From positions 88,600,001 through 88,664,000 of the forward strand of contig CM052816.1 of assembly GCA_028534125.1 (NCBI GenBank): DNA of 64,000 nucleotides, read 5' to 3'. The position numbers and the translations under genes were made by a program. Origin of the DNA: Lama glama. Its lineage: Eukaryota. Under the pieces are notes generated by a model. The model worked only from the letters and a program-made list of their open reading frames with translations. It did no database searches and was not told the origin of the DNA. Positions 27,760-41,900 of the stretch are shown here, piece by piece; the stretch's first letter is position 1; every line of letters begins with the position of its first letter.

Positions 27760-28471
27760 CAAAGAAGATATACAGATGGCACCTGGCACATGAAAAGACA
27801 CTCAATATTGCTAATTATTAGAGAAATATAAATCAAAACTTCAATGAGGTATCACCTCACACTAGTGAGAATGGCCACCATTAAAAAGTCTACAAATAAT
27901 AAATAAATGCTGGAGAAGGTGTGGAGAAAAGGGAACCTTCCTACACTGTTGGTAGGAATGTAAGCTGATGTAGCCATTATGGAGAACAATATGAAGGTTC
28001 TTTAATTAACTAAAAACAGAGTTACTGCATGATCCTGCAATCCCAGTCCTGGGCATATATCTGGAGAAAAGTCTAATTTGAAAAGATTCATGCACCCCAA
28101 TGTTCATGGCAGCACTGTTTACAATAGTCAAGGCATGGAAGCAACCTAAATGTCCATCAACAGATGAACAGATAAAGAAAATGTGGTGTGTGTGTGTGTG
28201 TGTTTGTGTTCCATACTGTGGAATGTTTCTCAGCCATAAAAAATAAAAAATAATGCCATTTGCAGCAACATAGACGGACCTAGAAATTACCATATTAAGT
28301 GAAGTGAGTCAGACAGAGAAAGACAAATATCACTTATATGTGGAATATTAAAAAAATGATACAAATGAACTTATTTATAAACCAGAAACAGACTCACAGA
28401 CACAGAAAACAAACTATGGTTAACAAAGGGTAAAAAGATGGGTGAGGGATAAATTAGGAGTTTGGGATTAA
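27760..28471 (+). mobile_element. L1 ORF2 C-terminus/3' UTR, running into the gap
   Basis: 'atcaaaacttcaatgaggtatcacctcacactagtgagaatggcc...aaaccagaaacagactcacagac' artiodactyl-type L1 end. Confidence 0.9.
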
Positions 28472-28971
28472 NNNNNNNNNNNNNNNNNNNNNNNNNNNNN
28501 NNNNNNNNNNNNNNNNNNNNNNNNNNNNNNNNNNNNNNNNNNNNNNNNNNNNNNNNNNNNNNNNNNNNNNNNNNNNNNNNNNNNNNNNNNNNNNNNNNNN
28601 NNNNNNNNNNNNNNNNNNNNNNNNNNNNNNNNNNNNNNNNNNNNNNNNNNNNNNNNNNNNNNNNNNNNNNNNNNNNNNNNNNNNNNNNNNNNNNNNNNNN
28701 NNNNNNNNNNNNNNNNNNNNNNNNNNNNNNNNNNNNNNNNNNNNNNNNNNNNNNNNNNNNNNNNNNNNNNNNNNNNNNNNNNNNNNNNNNNNNNNNNNNN
28801 NNNNNNNNNNNNNNNNNNNNNNNNNNNNNNNNNNNNNNNNNNNNNNNNNNNNNNNNNNNNNNNNNNNNNNNNNNNNNNNNNNNNNNNNNNNNNNNNNNNN
28901 NNNNNNNNNNNNNNNNNNNNNNNNNNNNNNNNNNNNNNNNNNNNNNNNNNNNNNNNNNNNNNNNNNNNNNN
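28472..28971. other. Assembly gap (500 N)
   Basis: Run of N. Confidence 1.
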
Positions 28972-31278
28972 ATAAAATTCAACTTTGTGACCCCCAAAGG
29001 CAAAATCTGTCTCACTAACTTCGTTGATTTTTAAAATAAAACTATCCAAACAAAGAACAATGCAGTGAGGTCCCACTGATTCTATAATTTTCCTAACATT
29101 TATCCCTTTGTGACAAATATTGACAAGTTTTGCAGAGCCACTAGTTCATTTATGTCAAAACTTAGAATTCTTTTAAAATTATTAAATAGCTTCCTGAAAA
29201 AAGTTTTAAAAATTCTTGAGTTCTTTAAAAATATGTAAAAAAAAATTCTTTAAATGTTTAAGTATATGAAAAATAGGAAAACTGTAATTATTATTTTCTA
29301 TTATATATTACAAATAACTCAAAAGTAAATCTACCCTTTGAAAGGCTAACTTGAAAATACAGTGGAAAGATTGTTCCCTGACAGTGAAACTTTTAAACTC
29401 ATAATGGAGCTGAGAATAGCTATGCATCCATCTCAAGAGCAGAGAGCTTCCAGGCCAGCAGAACTTGACATTAACCTGATTATAACTATTAACACATCTT
29501 AAAAAAAGAATGTGTTACTCAGAAGAGGGCTTAGCCAAAAGCAGAAATACAAAATAGATAGGACTGTGATATTAAATGTTGTATAAGTGTGTTTACCCTC
29601 TTTCTTTCCAGGACAGCAGGTGCTTAGATGCTGATCATTGACTGTATTATTACCAGTCTCAATTTTAAGGCTATACCTAGTGAGAAGACAAATGTATTCC
29701 AGGACAAAACTGACATGACTTGTTATTTGATGGGTTGTGGCTGAAGTCTATTTGGTGAGTTGGTAAGATCCTATCTCTGGCATTTTATTGGGGTCTACTG
29801 CTAATGCATGAGTTGCTGTAACACAAATTCTGTTCTTGTTTGGTTTGAGGAAGGCCCAGCGGTGCTCCCATTCATTTACCTCCACTTGATACCCAACAGC
29901 AACAATCCAGCTATCCTCAGGCCAGGACGACCATCCTATAGATTTTAGCTGAAGAACCACAGTACTGCCCTCCACTTCTTTCATCTTTGTAAACCTTCTG
30001 GTCAGCTTGCTTTCCAGCCTCAGATACCTCCCACCTCTCCCCAGATGGCTTGGAAGGACAGCTGGATTCCTTCTACAGCACACTTGTTGAGTGGTTGAGA
30101 AGTGTTAACTCTAGTTCCCCCTCTGTTGCTTGAGGTTGCTGCTAGAACACCCTACAAGGTTACCTTCTCCTATTACCCCACTTGGTCAGGAAGACAAATG
30201 ACCTTTTCCATCTGTATCCACACCTATTATTTTTTGACATTCTAATATCACTTGGTTTTCTGGTCTTCCCTACCAGAATCTTCCCACCATTTTCGTGCAA
30301 AAATCCCTCAGTTTGGATGGAGTGAGTGTCTCACTACATTTAGAATATAAAATAATAAAAACAACTAAAATAATAAAAGCACTACGATCTAGGCCACCAC
30401 ACTTGGCTCTCGATATACCAAATGGGAGCTAAAGGAGTCTAAAATAAATTATTTCCTCTCCAGAAAAATCTTGGATCTAAATTCTGGAAAAAATAAGAAA
30501 TTGTATCTTCTTTTTCTTTTTTATTCCTAATAAAATATCTTCAGCTGCTATCCTCTAATGACCAGGGATAAAATCAGATACATAAAAGTGCAGAAGAAGA
30601 AAACATTACATATTTAAAAAGTAGTACTTCTATTTTATTATTTTGATGACTTTTTTGCTCTTGCATGTTGTCTACACATGTTATTTGAATTGACAAACAA
30701 TAAAACATGTAGGTAATTGCCCCAATGTGGGCCATCAAGCAGTTTAAAAACTCAACTAGCAAATGTCATTTGTAAATGCTTATAGAGGTCTGAACTAAAG
30801 TAGAAGAAAACACAATAATAAACACAGAGGACAACTGAACTGTAAGGCATTTTTATAAGCCCAACATTTTCTTAGAGGAGAATAGTCCTACTAGTCTTCA
30901 TTGTTTTTTTCTTACAATAATAAGTCTTGAATCTAGCTCTCAAGATGCTATCTTTGATGAAGCAAAGGAATAATAAAATATTTTCAGTATTATTCATGAA
31001 GTACACCTAATTATTAAAACAAGCTATCAGAACATACTTTTTATTTTATATGATTTCTGATTAATGATAAAAGCATACGTAGACCAACATGTTAAGGATT
31101 GATGATTCAGAAAGAATGGATTTTTGTTGAGTGAAAAAACTTGTCACGTAGCTTATGTTATGTCCCAGAATTGCTTTTCTCTAAGCAAATAAAAATTTGA
31201 GTCACCTTAACCTTTTGTAATAAGGGGAAAATTATGCCAGACACATAACTGTTCCATCTGTTTCCATATTCATTTTTA

Positions 31279-31614
31279 CATTTTTAATTGAAGTATAGTC
31301 AGTTTACAATATTGTGTCAGTTTCTGGTGCACACAATAGTTCAGTCATACATATACATATATATATATTCATTTTCATATTCTTTTAAACTGTAGGTTAC
31401 TACAAGATATTGAGTATAGTTCCCTGTGCTATAAAGTATAAACTTGTTATTTATCTATTTTATGTATAGTCATTAGTATATGCAAATCTCAAACTCCCAA
31501 TTTATTTTCCCTTCCCACACCCTTCTCCCTCTCCATATCCATAAGTTTGTTTTCTATGTCTGGGAGTCTGTTTCTGTTTTGTAAATAAGTTCATCTTTTT
31601 TTTAAGATTCCACA
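31279..31614 (-). mobile_element. 5'-truncated L1 3' end with 16-bp target-site duplication
   Basis: Antisense L1 3' UTR; TSD tccatattcattttta (31263-31278) vs tccacattcattttta (31615-31630), 1 mismatch. Confidence 0.9.
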
Positions 31615-33479
31615 TCCACATTCATTTTTAATCAGAGCTCCATTTAAATTTTTGTGTCTTGGCAATTATTGCATTGCAAGGCAAAGCAGCAGCAGAAATA
31701 AATGAGATTTTGCTTTGCCCCAGCCAATTAAATCATGATTCAAGGTAACATTTAGGTGACATTATAAGTTGTCAGAGCAGCAGTGAATGATAATTCAGGA
31801 AGGGGAGAAAAAAATGTGTGAAGGACATTTATTTCCCTATCCAATATAAGTGACAAAGTTGAAATGAGGCTGGTGGTGTGTCTATGAAAATATATCACCA
31901 TTTAAGGAATCCCATTATTAGACATGGTGGAAGCTCTATCTTGGAGAAGCCTCCCATACTGTGGGTAATTATCACAATCCAGCATGCTAATTGCTTTTCG
32001 ATCTGCAGGCTGTGCTTTCAGTGAGTCTTGTTGAGCACGGCTGGGCTGTATCTAGACTGCTGCTTAATGAGAACAGCGCTTATCAAAAGACAACATCATC
32101 TCCGACTATCAAATCGATAGGGAAGCATTAGCCCAGGCTTTAAAGTTCGGAAACATTTTGATCGATAGACTTTTGCTCAAATATTGCGTATTTCAGGACC
32201 ATTCCTAGAAGCCATCACATTCCCCAAGTCTATGAAAAATCAGCATACGAAATACATGGAAGAGTAATGAGCGAGGGTCAGTAAGGCTCTTCTTTCTGCT
32301 GAAAGTTAATGTAAATGCAGTTGTATACCAAATGCTATTTGGAGCTTCAATGTGCAATGAGATGTTTCCCCATGACAGAGTGAACATTCCAGACAACTGG
32401 TCCTGGATATTAATATAGCATGAATGTATTTACTTATGCATGTATAAATGAACATACATATGCATTTCATATTTACTGTGTGTAAAACTTCGTGCTTTTT
32501 ACTGCGTGTGAATGTAATTTAATACAGCAATCCTACAAGTGTGTGATTCTTTCATATTTCTAAAATAAGCAAAACAATATGGAAAAAAATTTAAAAAGCA
32601 AATGTTCTAAGAACATCTACTAAGTGACAATGTCAAGGTTCAAATTCAGGCCTCTATGGCTTCAGAACTCATATTTAGTGCAGATTTAAAAATGACATTC
32701 AACAAATAGAGAATTATATAGAACAGACATGCTTAAACTTACCAGATTCAATGTACCATTTAATAATGCATATTTTGAATGTTCTCTTTAACATGCCAAA
32801 ATTCAAAGAGAATAATCTGACTTTATAATCTACCAATAAAAGCAATTCAATACTGCCTTTGAAAGATAAAGAGACATGAAAACATGCTATATAATAATAC
32901 CTCTTTTAATACAGAAAACTTTGTCACATGTTTACTTCATGTGCCATAATGAAGTAAACATATACCACATATAGAATGATCATGCACCCAGCAACTTAAA
33001 TGGATAACAAATCTGAGTAAAGTTTGAATAAACAAAGTACAATCATACCTTTATTTTTCAGGTAGTTGCAATTCTGAAAAAGAGTCAGTATGTGAAAACC
33101 ACATGTTTACATGAAAAAGTTGTGCTCTTATTTCTTAAAGAATCAAATTCCAAGATTAGCCACTAACAGGTTTTTCACCTACATGAATGTTGAGAAGGAT
33201 ATTGTGCTAATTACAGTGCTCAGATTATACGTGCTCGACTGCTCAGTAACTACTGGGCATCAAATAACTTCTGCTAAACATGCACTTGGTAATTCCCATT
33301 TTTTAGGACAAATAAATCTTTTCAGTTTCCAAAACATTTTGTAAGGGGGTAGTGCATTATTTTATATACACACATACGTATGTAGGTATATGTGTGTGTT
33401 TTGTATATGTGCACACACAGGTTACAACACGGATGGAGTCTGTGACAAACTTTTTGCTTAATACATCTTAAAGAGCTTT

Positions 33480-33686
33480 ACTAACTACTACATACAAAAT
33501 AAACAAGTTTCTACTGTATAGCACAGGGAAGTATATTCAATATCCTGTAGTAACCTATAATGAAAGAGAATATGAAATGGAATATATGTATGTGTAGGTG
33601 TGACTGAAACATTATGCTATACACCAGAAACTGACACAACATTGTAAACTGACTATACTTCAATTTAAAAAAAGACACACACACAA
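33480..33686 (+). mobile_element. Short L1 3' end with TSD
   Basis: TSD aaagagcttt (33470-33479, 33687-33696) at a TT/AAAG endonuclease site; similar 3' UTR to the 31.3 kb copy. Confidence 0.88.
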
Positions 33687-34074
33687 AAAGAGCTTTCTGA
33701 TGCTGTAACACTTATAAATCAGCCTCACTATTTTTTAACATCTGGATAATTTTTTAGGGGGTATATTGCCATAATTATTTAGCCATTACCCTATTGACAC
33801 ATACTATTTCCATCTTTCTATTATTTTTTCTATTTATTTTTACCTAATAATTATTTTTATTATTTTCATCTTTCTGATCCTATCGTCAGTTTAAGATTGT
33901 TTTCCAGAGTTGCTGTATCTAATTTACTCAGGTTATTAGCAAATTAATGCAATAACCGACTTTCTTTTACATTCTAAGCATTAGTAGTAAGTGCACCAAT
34001 AGTGACAATTAGCGTTTGACAAGAGTGTCTTCTGCTTGTATTCAGATACATATTTGTGAAAGTGGCTATTTCAG

Positions 34075-34565
34075 TGGGGATGCTGGGACAATTCTTCCTG
34101 GATCCCTTATTTCCTAAAGAGTCCAGTTCTCTGAGCAAGGTAAGTGTGCACGGACAACTTAGGATGGCTTGTATACTGATAGGTGTTCCATGAAAGTGAA
34201 TACCGAAATATCTAACTGTGCAAAGCTGTTTTAGGATAATAATAAAGATAAACGCTTCTCTATGCTCCTGCTGGAGAAAATTTGCTTACATTCCACAATA
34301 AAAGAAAAACATCTTTGTCTCTCTGTAGGGAGAATAGTGTGGTCAGGTCTACAGCAGCCCTATATAAGAGCAAAGTTTCTTACTTGGGGGTTGATCTCTG
34401 GCATTACACCCCATTCCATGTCTGGTACCATCTGAGACTCACTGCATCACCCTATGGAGACTGGTGCTCGGGGAAGTGAATCAAGATGCTGTTCTGGCTT
34501 TCTGGTTTCTGCTTTTCTGAGTGATAAAATGCCTTTGTCTGTGACCCAGAGATCTCACGTGTTGG
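34075..34565 (+). mobile_element. Old ERVL-class LTR (MER74/MER54-like)
   Basis: 'cagccctatataag' TATA, 'catcaccctatggagactgg', 'gagtgataaaatgcctttgtctgtgacccagagatctcacgtgt'. Confidence 0.55.
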
Positions 34566-35062
34566 TCAATGGGTGTGTATGTATATATATATATATGAAT
34601 GACAGTTACACAATCCAACAACACAAGTAGTGAGTCATACGACCTCTTACAAGATTAAGAATGAATGTTATCTCCTAAGGAGGTCTGGTAAATGCAGATG
34701 CACAATAAAAACTAAAGGGGGGAGAGGAGGTCTAAACTGGCAGAGAAAAAAAATTTACTCTTAAATTGTTCTTATCTTGCCAAAAATACAAATATTATTT
34801 TATCACAGTGTGTGTGTGTGTGTATATATATATACACACACACTCTGTGACATACAATACATCTATACTGTAGCCCACTGATTTGTTGGCCTGTAAGTAG
34901 GGTAAAACTTCAGACTTTCCATTGTTTCTGGCCCAGCAGAGGATGGGTTAGATTACGTTGCAATAATAACACACCACCACAATCCAAACTTTAGTGACAA
35001 AACAGGATACAGCATATACAAAAAAATAAGCCTTTTTTGTTATAAGCCAGTAAGATGTGTAT

Positions 35063-35488
35063 TGTAGGGAAACAAAATTTGCCTCTTTGGCATGTTAGTT
35101 ATTTCCAGCTGGAAACAACGAAGGCCTAGGAGAAGTCTCAGGAAGAAACTCTGATCTTTCACCTGTTTAAAAAGGAATTTAGACAGAGGGCGTGTTCCTG
35201 TAGCAGAGCTATCCCCAGAGACATCTGCAAAGAACACAGGCTACGTGTGGGGTGAGGAAGCTCTAGGCAGGGCCCCCAATATTGTCTTTTGTCCTCAGCT
35301 GATGATGATATTTAAAGGTGAAGGTTTCAGCCACTTTGCCGAGTTACTCGGTTTTCCTGGACCTCTCCCCTGTATACATGTTATTAAGCTTTTATTTTAT
35401 TTTCTCCTCTTAACCAGTGTCATTTCAATTTAATTTTTAAACCAGCCAGAAGAACCTAGAAGGGCAGAGAAAAATTTCATCCCCAACA
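35063..35488 (+). mobile_element. ERV1-class solo LTR (MER34/MER39-like)
   Basis: Starts tgtagggaaacaaaatttgcc and ends ...agaacctagaagggcagagaaaaatttcatccccaaca. Confidence 0.75.
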
Positions 35489-37291
35489 TTACCTATGCAG
35501 TTAAGGAATGTAACCTAGTTTCTTGAGTGGGAGAAACAAAGAAAGAAATACAAACGATTACATTTAACACGAAACAGTGGATTTTTTTGTGATCTTGGAT
35601 AAGTCAAAGAATCAGCTATGCTTTAGTTTGTGCATTTGTAAAACAAGAAAAAAATAACCATAAAGCCTTCAATACCCCTGTAGCTAATAAATTCTCTAAG
35701 ATTTCATGATGTTATTTCTAGGCAATAAAATATATCTTTTAAAACTAGTTATGCCCAGGCTGTCATGCAGTAGCTAAGCGTCTCTTCCACGTTACTGGCT
35801 ACAAAGGCAGAAGACAGATGAGATGCCGAGTTATACATCAGCCCTTAAAGCTTCTGCCTAGTATTTTCCTGGTAAAATTTAGTCATTTCACTACACCTGT
35901 CTTCAAAGGCTTATTTAAGTGCAATCCTATCCTATGTGTGGAAGTACGAGCTAATATTATAAAACTGCATACTGCATCTCTAAGCCATGATCTTGCTGTG
36001 GGTCATGAAGTAAAACTACATCATTCCAGAAAATAGATCATCTACTGAGACAACGAATTCACAAATTAAAAATAGTTACATGTACAAAGAATTGTTTATT
36101 ATTAAGCTAAAGCAGAACGTAATATTTAATAGTGACAAAAGAAAAGTCATTTTATCCAATATTGTATATCCTCTCAACAAGGCAGAACTAGTGTTTTTAT
36201 TTTTAAGAAAAATGTGCCAATTCAATTGTGTAAGAAGACTTTTGGAAACCATGGCAAAGCAAGCGCTAAGCTTTTCAGTAAGAATTCTCTTACCTTTTAT
36301 TACTTAAAAATAATCAGATCTCTAGATTCTGATAACAGGAAGCCAATTAAATTGTCTGTATGCACTAGTAGAGTATTTTACTTTCAGTCTTTTGCATTAT
36401 CTCAGAGAAAGCAAAGCTTTATGAACAATTAACTCCTAAAAGGTTAAGCAAGTGATCTTCAGTAAGATGATAACTGTTGAAGTTTTAAAGTTAAATAGTT
36501 TGTGTTAAATATGGTGCTTATCAAGAAATAACTGCTTTAATAATTCTCTAGATTTGTTTCATTAAAATAATTGCATAGCACATAGAGTGGGCCTTGTTCA
36601 TATCCCATGCTTTTCTCTTCCCAGGTCCTCACCTGGGGTATCAAGCCTGCAGAAGCAATTCTGTTTTAGTTCCTGAGCAACTCTTACCTAAGTAAGAAAC
36701 GTATTCACGTTCTCGGCTCTAACTTCCACAAGCTTACCTTCTCTTTTATCTATATTAATTAATGTTGTTACATTAATGCAGACATAAATAAATCTATGTT
36801 ATTTATCAAATTCTCCCCAAATTTGTAACTGCAATATTTTAAATACCCTACAATGCTTTGTTATATCATTAACTTCAACCTCATAACAGGTATTTTCTCT
36901 TTAAATTTTATGAATAATTTATATTTATAGGTAAAATTATGTGGGTAAACATATATAATAAAAAGTGACTTATGCATACCATTCAATAAACAACCAATGT
37001 GAGAATTAAAATAGTTTAGGATTTTTTTATACAAATGTCATTTTTGTAATTCACTTTTCTCACATTTGACATTAAAGATTACTTTTTAAAATGTGTCTTC
37101 CTCTGTAGGAAAATCACATTTTTTTCTAGAACTGGGTTTTTACTTTTTTCTTGATATACTAAATGTAGCCCACCAGGGCATTATTTATATAAGCAAAATT
37201 ACCTCAGAGTTACATCTAAGTCAAATGTCCTAGGACTTTTTTAAATGTGTCTATTGCTTTGTATATGTTTTTTCACTCCGAAACACTTTTT

Positions 37292-37520
37292 TGCAGGTTT
37301 GCTTTCTTAGAGAGCACATTCTGAGACAGAGATTGAGATCCAAGATATTGACTAGATCAATGTTCAAGTGCTCTTAGGATTGACACTTGTCCGGGAGGGA
37401 AGAAAGCAGGAGAGGCAGAGGGAGAAGGTGGGGCAAGATCTTGTCTTGGGGAGGCTCTGTTGGTCCTGTGGGGAGCTCAGAAACCGAGATATTCTATATA
37501 CAGAGTTGAGGCTGGTGAGT
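37292..37520 (-). mobile_element. Old ERVL LTR fragment (LTR33/41-like)
   Basis: 'ctgagacagagattgag...gtgctcttaggattgacacttgt...ggcagagggagaag'. Confidence 0.5.
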
Positions 37521-38227
37521 GGTATGGCTTCGAATAAAAATATTCTGAATCTCAACTGAATATGAAAATTTCAAACTTTAACAGATAGGAAACATTTGGC
37601 AATCCAGATGATCAACTATCATACAATCAGATCTACTCCTCTGGTAGAGATCTAGTCTTTTTTCCCCCTGTACCTAGTTAAATGAATTATACGATAAGCG
37701 TAGCTAAGACTTAGCCCAGGGTCAGGCCATCGTTGATTCTCAATAAACACTAGCATCTATTATTTTTCAGAGATGACATCATAGTTTATAAATTGTGTTG
37801 ATTAACAATACTTATTATATTGGCCATCACCATTTTGCTATTCTAAATAATATCATCTAACCTTTTAGTTTTTGTGAAAATTGTACCTTAAATTCATTGT
37901 AAAGCAGGCATAATGCCAGACAAAGAAGCGAGTTATGATGCAGTTGCACATGTGTATATTTATCTACACACAGAACATAGATATTAATCATACATATAAC
38001 TAACTCTGTTTATTTTCCTGCATGATAGCACTACAAATAAATGTTAACCAAAATTAGTTGTTCATCACTTAAAATGGTTTCATGATGCAACACTGAAGTG
38101 AAAAAAACAAAACAAAGCAAAAAACACTGCAGTTGGCAACACCAGGAAATACAATTAAAGGAAGTAGAAACTGCCAAACACATCGTGAAACTTGTGAACA
38201 GGTTATAAAAATTAAATTAACTGATTT

Positions 38228-38900
38228 TTAAAATACTGCTCCCTTCATTTTATCTGTTATTTCATTCTGAAACTTTTCTTGGGCAGGAGGAATGATTTTG
38301 AGAGCTTTCTTGTCTATTTTCTCATTTTTAAAATTATTTTTATACTTTATTAAGCGTTTAAGAAAAATCCCTATATTCAATCTTTTTGCTCCGTTTTCCT
38401 CATAAGCTGTATCAACTTTGCTGTTCAGCACATCTACTGATTTTTTAATTGAAATTATGAAATTTTTAAATTTCAAGATCTCTAGGAGATATTTTTATAA
38501 AGCCAGTGTTCCTTCTTTAATTGTAATTAACTTATTCATTTACTATATTAATCCTGTTTACCCACTTTTATTTTTCTGGTTATTGGGATTTATTTCTTCT
38601 GTTTAATGGTGGTGTATTTTCTGATTATTTATGTATCTATTTATTAAATTTGGGAAGATGTGGTCCTTTGAAATTTGTAGGGAGGGGCAGATGCTGCTTC
38701 TGTGTGGATTGTGCTGTTAGTGTATCTCCAAGATGTGAGACTTTCCTATCCCTGTGGTGTTGACACTTTTGAAAGAGCTGCAGCTCCCACACAGCCCAGT
38801 AGTGGCCTTCCCTGCCTTAGTCTGCAAACACCTTGAGTGTTACAAGCAGGAGAGAGCAGGGCCGACTGACACGCTGACCTAATACAGGTCCATGGTTAAT
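38228..38900 (-). mobile_element. Ancient L1 5' region/ORF1 relic
   Basis: Minus ORF has IKKSVDVLNSKVDTAYE, resembling the ORF1 coiled coil (IKNSIDGLNSRLDTAEE). Confidence 0.5.
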
Positions 38901-41900
38901 CACCCTGAGCTGTACACCTGCTTTGTAGGACTACTGTCATCAGCTCACAGCTATTCTGAATGACTAACTTCTCCAACAGTCTTCACCTCCTTAGTTGGGA
39001 CGTGATTTCCTTTGTTTGTTTTGTCATTGTTTTGTTTTCCCTTCTTCCTGGACTTAAAACATTTTTCTCCTTATTATTTATAAACTCATCAAATTCTAAG
39101 AACTATTTCTGTCTTCTTTCAAAAAATGAACTAATGGATTTAGATTTTTTTAAATGTTATTTTAATGAGATTTTTATAAATGTGTTTTACCTCCCATTAC
39201 TAAATAATCACTTAATCTTTATTTGATGCATCTGATAGTAAACTTAGGTTTAGGACCATCCATTTCCTTTAAGGTGAAAGTTAACTTTAATCTATAACAT
39301 TATTTTAATTGCATAATGTTCCATTTTAGGAGTACAGCATTTTTTACTCATTCACATTTATAATGTGTTTAATATAAGTGAATAACACAAGTTCAATTGA
39401 CAAATACTTGCATAGGATTAGATTTGGTAATTATTTGTTGTCTATGTAGATTAAATTTACACTATGGGAAGATCATCACTCAATATTTAATGTCAATCCA
39501 TCTTCCTGACTAAGAGCTTTCTGCTTTCAAAACAATAGTTTTTCAGTTGCAAACATTAGGAATACAAGATGCATAAAAAGGATGAGGCGCATAGATGATC
39601 AATAGTCTAATAATCTAAGACTAGTGGCTATTGAGCTCCTTGTGGACAAAAACAAATTACTTATAGTCCCTTGAAGAATGGATTTTGCCATGAATCATAA
39701 TCACTACTTGAAATTTGCTTTGATTTTAAATCACTGTATTTGCATCTGTATTTTAGATAGTCTTCTTAAAATAATTTTTTTTAATTTAGAAACAAGTTTA
39801 ACATAACTCTTTGAGAAAGATATTTGATGTAATTAGAGTATTTCCCCGAACAGTTTCATCGTGGTAGAGAGAAATTAAATACTATATTCATGGTATTATA
39901 TGAGAAATGGGGAAAATGCATGCTGCTCAAATTTTAAGCTTATTAATATATTCATCTGCTTCTCTAACTAAATACTTTGATATATTTATATATGTATCTA
40001 TTTATATTTAACAGTTTGTACAAGTATCTTCCAATATATTTAACCCTTGTTCAGCTGAAAGTTAATCTCTATACTATGCTCATTAATCATTTTCTCTCAT
40101 ATCCTATGATTCTCAAAATCTCCAGCCTATGAAATCTTATAACTCAACCAACCTTACAAAATTTGTGAACTGTGTTAGTTCTCACCGACCTGGAATTCTG
40201 TATGTTTGTAAAATTGAATTTTTTATTCTATTATAGTTGACTACTGGGGCCTACAGCAAAGTTTACCTATTTCAGGTCTGAAAACAGGAATCCAGCAAGT
40301 AACATATTAGTTTTATCAGTTTTCTACTGTTTCAAGAGTGTTTCCTCAGGGATGTGGTAGTAAAGCTCTAATAAAAATACTGAGTCCCACTTACTTTCAT
40401 GGTAATACTTTTCCTCTTGATTTTCTCAGAACTAGACTTTGTTTTTGTTGTTTTTCACTGAGCCTTGGACATAAATGAAAATAATATGTTTAGTCACCAA
40501 TCTGTTGGTTAAATTATATTTGAGAAAAAAATAGTGTATAACATATATTTAAGTTTTAGGAATTTTTATTTGTAAGTTCTTTCTGCAATATTGGCATTTT
40601 TAAGATAATCTCTGGGTTATATGTAAATAAAACTGTTACACCAATATTAATTTCTTTGGAAAATACAATTTAAAACTAACTGTATGTAATGGTTTTTTAC
40701 ATTTTTGCATTATGGAAATACTTATTTTCACTCAGGTTATTGTGGAAATTGCTACTGTGGTTAGTTACATCTACAACCTAATTTCTGAAGTGTTTCAGTG
40801 TCCCAACTTCCAAAAATATCTCATTTATCATCTATTCATAGCAACTGCCTAGTTTGCTTACCACTAAATCTAACCACTAAGATCTGTTCTCGGTTTACAA
40901 AACTTAACTATAATCATATTCGTGCTTCTATGTAATACTTCTTGGTGGATTTTTTCATCTTAATTTTCCTGAAGTTAACTCTTCTCCCCTCATTTCATTA
41001 CATGTAATTTGGAAAATATCATCAGTGATACTCACATTTTCAAATTCAATGGCCACACTTGGTTCTTATCTGTCTTGGTCTTCATGAAATACTGTACACC
41101 GTTTGCTAAGGAGGCAGCAATCTACCAACAAAGATGTGGAGACAGTCTCCTTCCAAAACAGTGTGGTTTTCAAAAGGAGAGGACCCCTCAAAAAATATTA
41201 GGTGTAATTAGGAGGTGCAGCCTCTCCTATTTTTCAACTTTGCCTACCACCAATTCTGCTGCAATAGAATGGGGTCGTCCACTAGTAAAACATACATTTT
41301 AACATCCTAATCTGTGTCACAGGAACTTCTCTAAATGCTGTAAGTTCTGTCTGCTGGAGAAAGCCCAAAAAGAGCGATTTCTGATTTCAGACATGGCCAT
41401 ATCTGTTTTTGGCAAGGCTTCTGGCAATACAGCTATGAGCTCCAGGCTTCATTGTGAATTATTTAACACCTAGAATCCCTTTGTGTTTTGTGAAAGATAA
41501 ACTGAATAGAATGACTTTGTACCCATGTGGAGAGTAGCAAACCACCACGAAAAATAATTAAAATAGGACAAGTCTTATGAATGCTTTCTGGAACACAGAG
41601 AGTAATATAAATGTTAATTTTCTGCCTGCATTTGTGATTTCCACTAGCTATATTTATTTGTAACTCCGACTTTATTTGACTTTTTAAAAATATTATTGTA
41701 ACTTATGATGTTAGAGATATTATATATGTTTTGCTTTTTTGTCTAAAACTTATATATATGTATACATGTATATAGGAGTTAGGTAAAGAAAAGATATAAA
41801 GAATTATGCTGATGGACAGATATTTGCAGAGAAAATGCAATAGTTTATCATAATGTTCAGTGATAAATGTAAATAATATTCTATTTCCAAGAATCATCCT

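Noticed and set aside
29748..30083. 111-aa minus-strand ORF in a moderately GC-rich patch
   Set aside because: No recognisable domain, ATG start or convincing exon boundaries; possibly an unrecognised old repeat
36625..36691. Possible 67-bp plus-strand exon (ttttctcttcccag ... gtaaga), with minus-strand donor-like motifs nearby
   Set aside because: Isolated splice-like motifs are common by chance; no partner exons or coding signal
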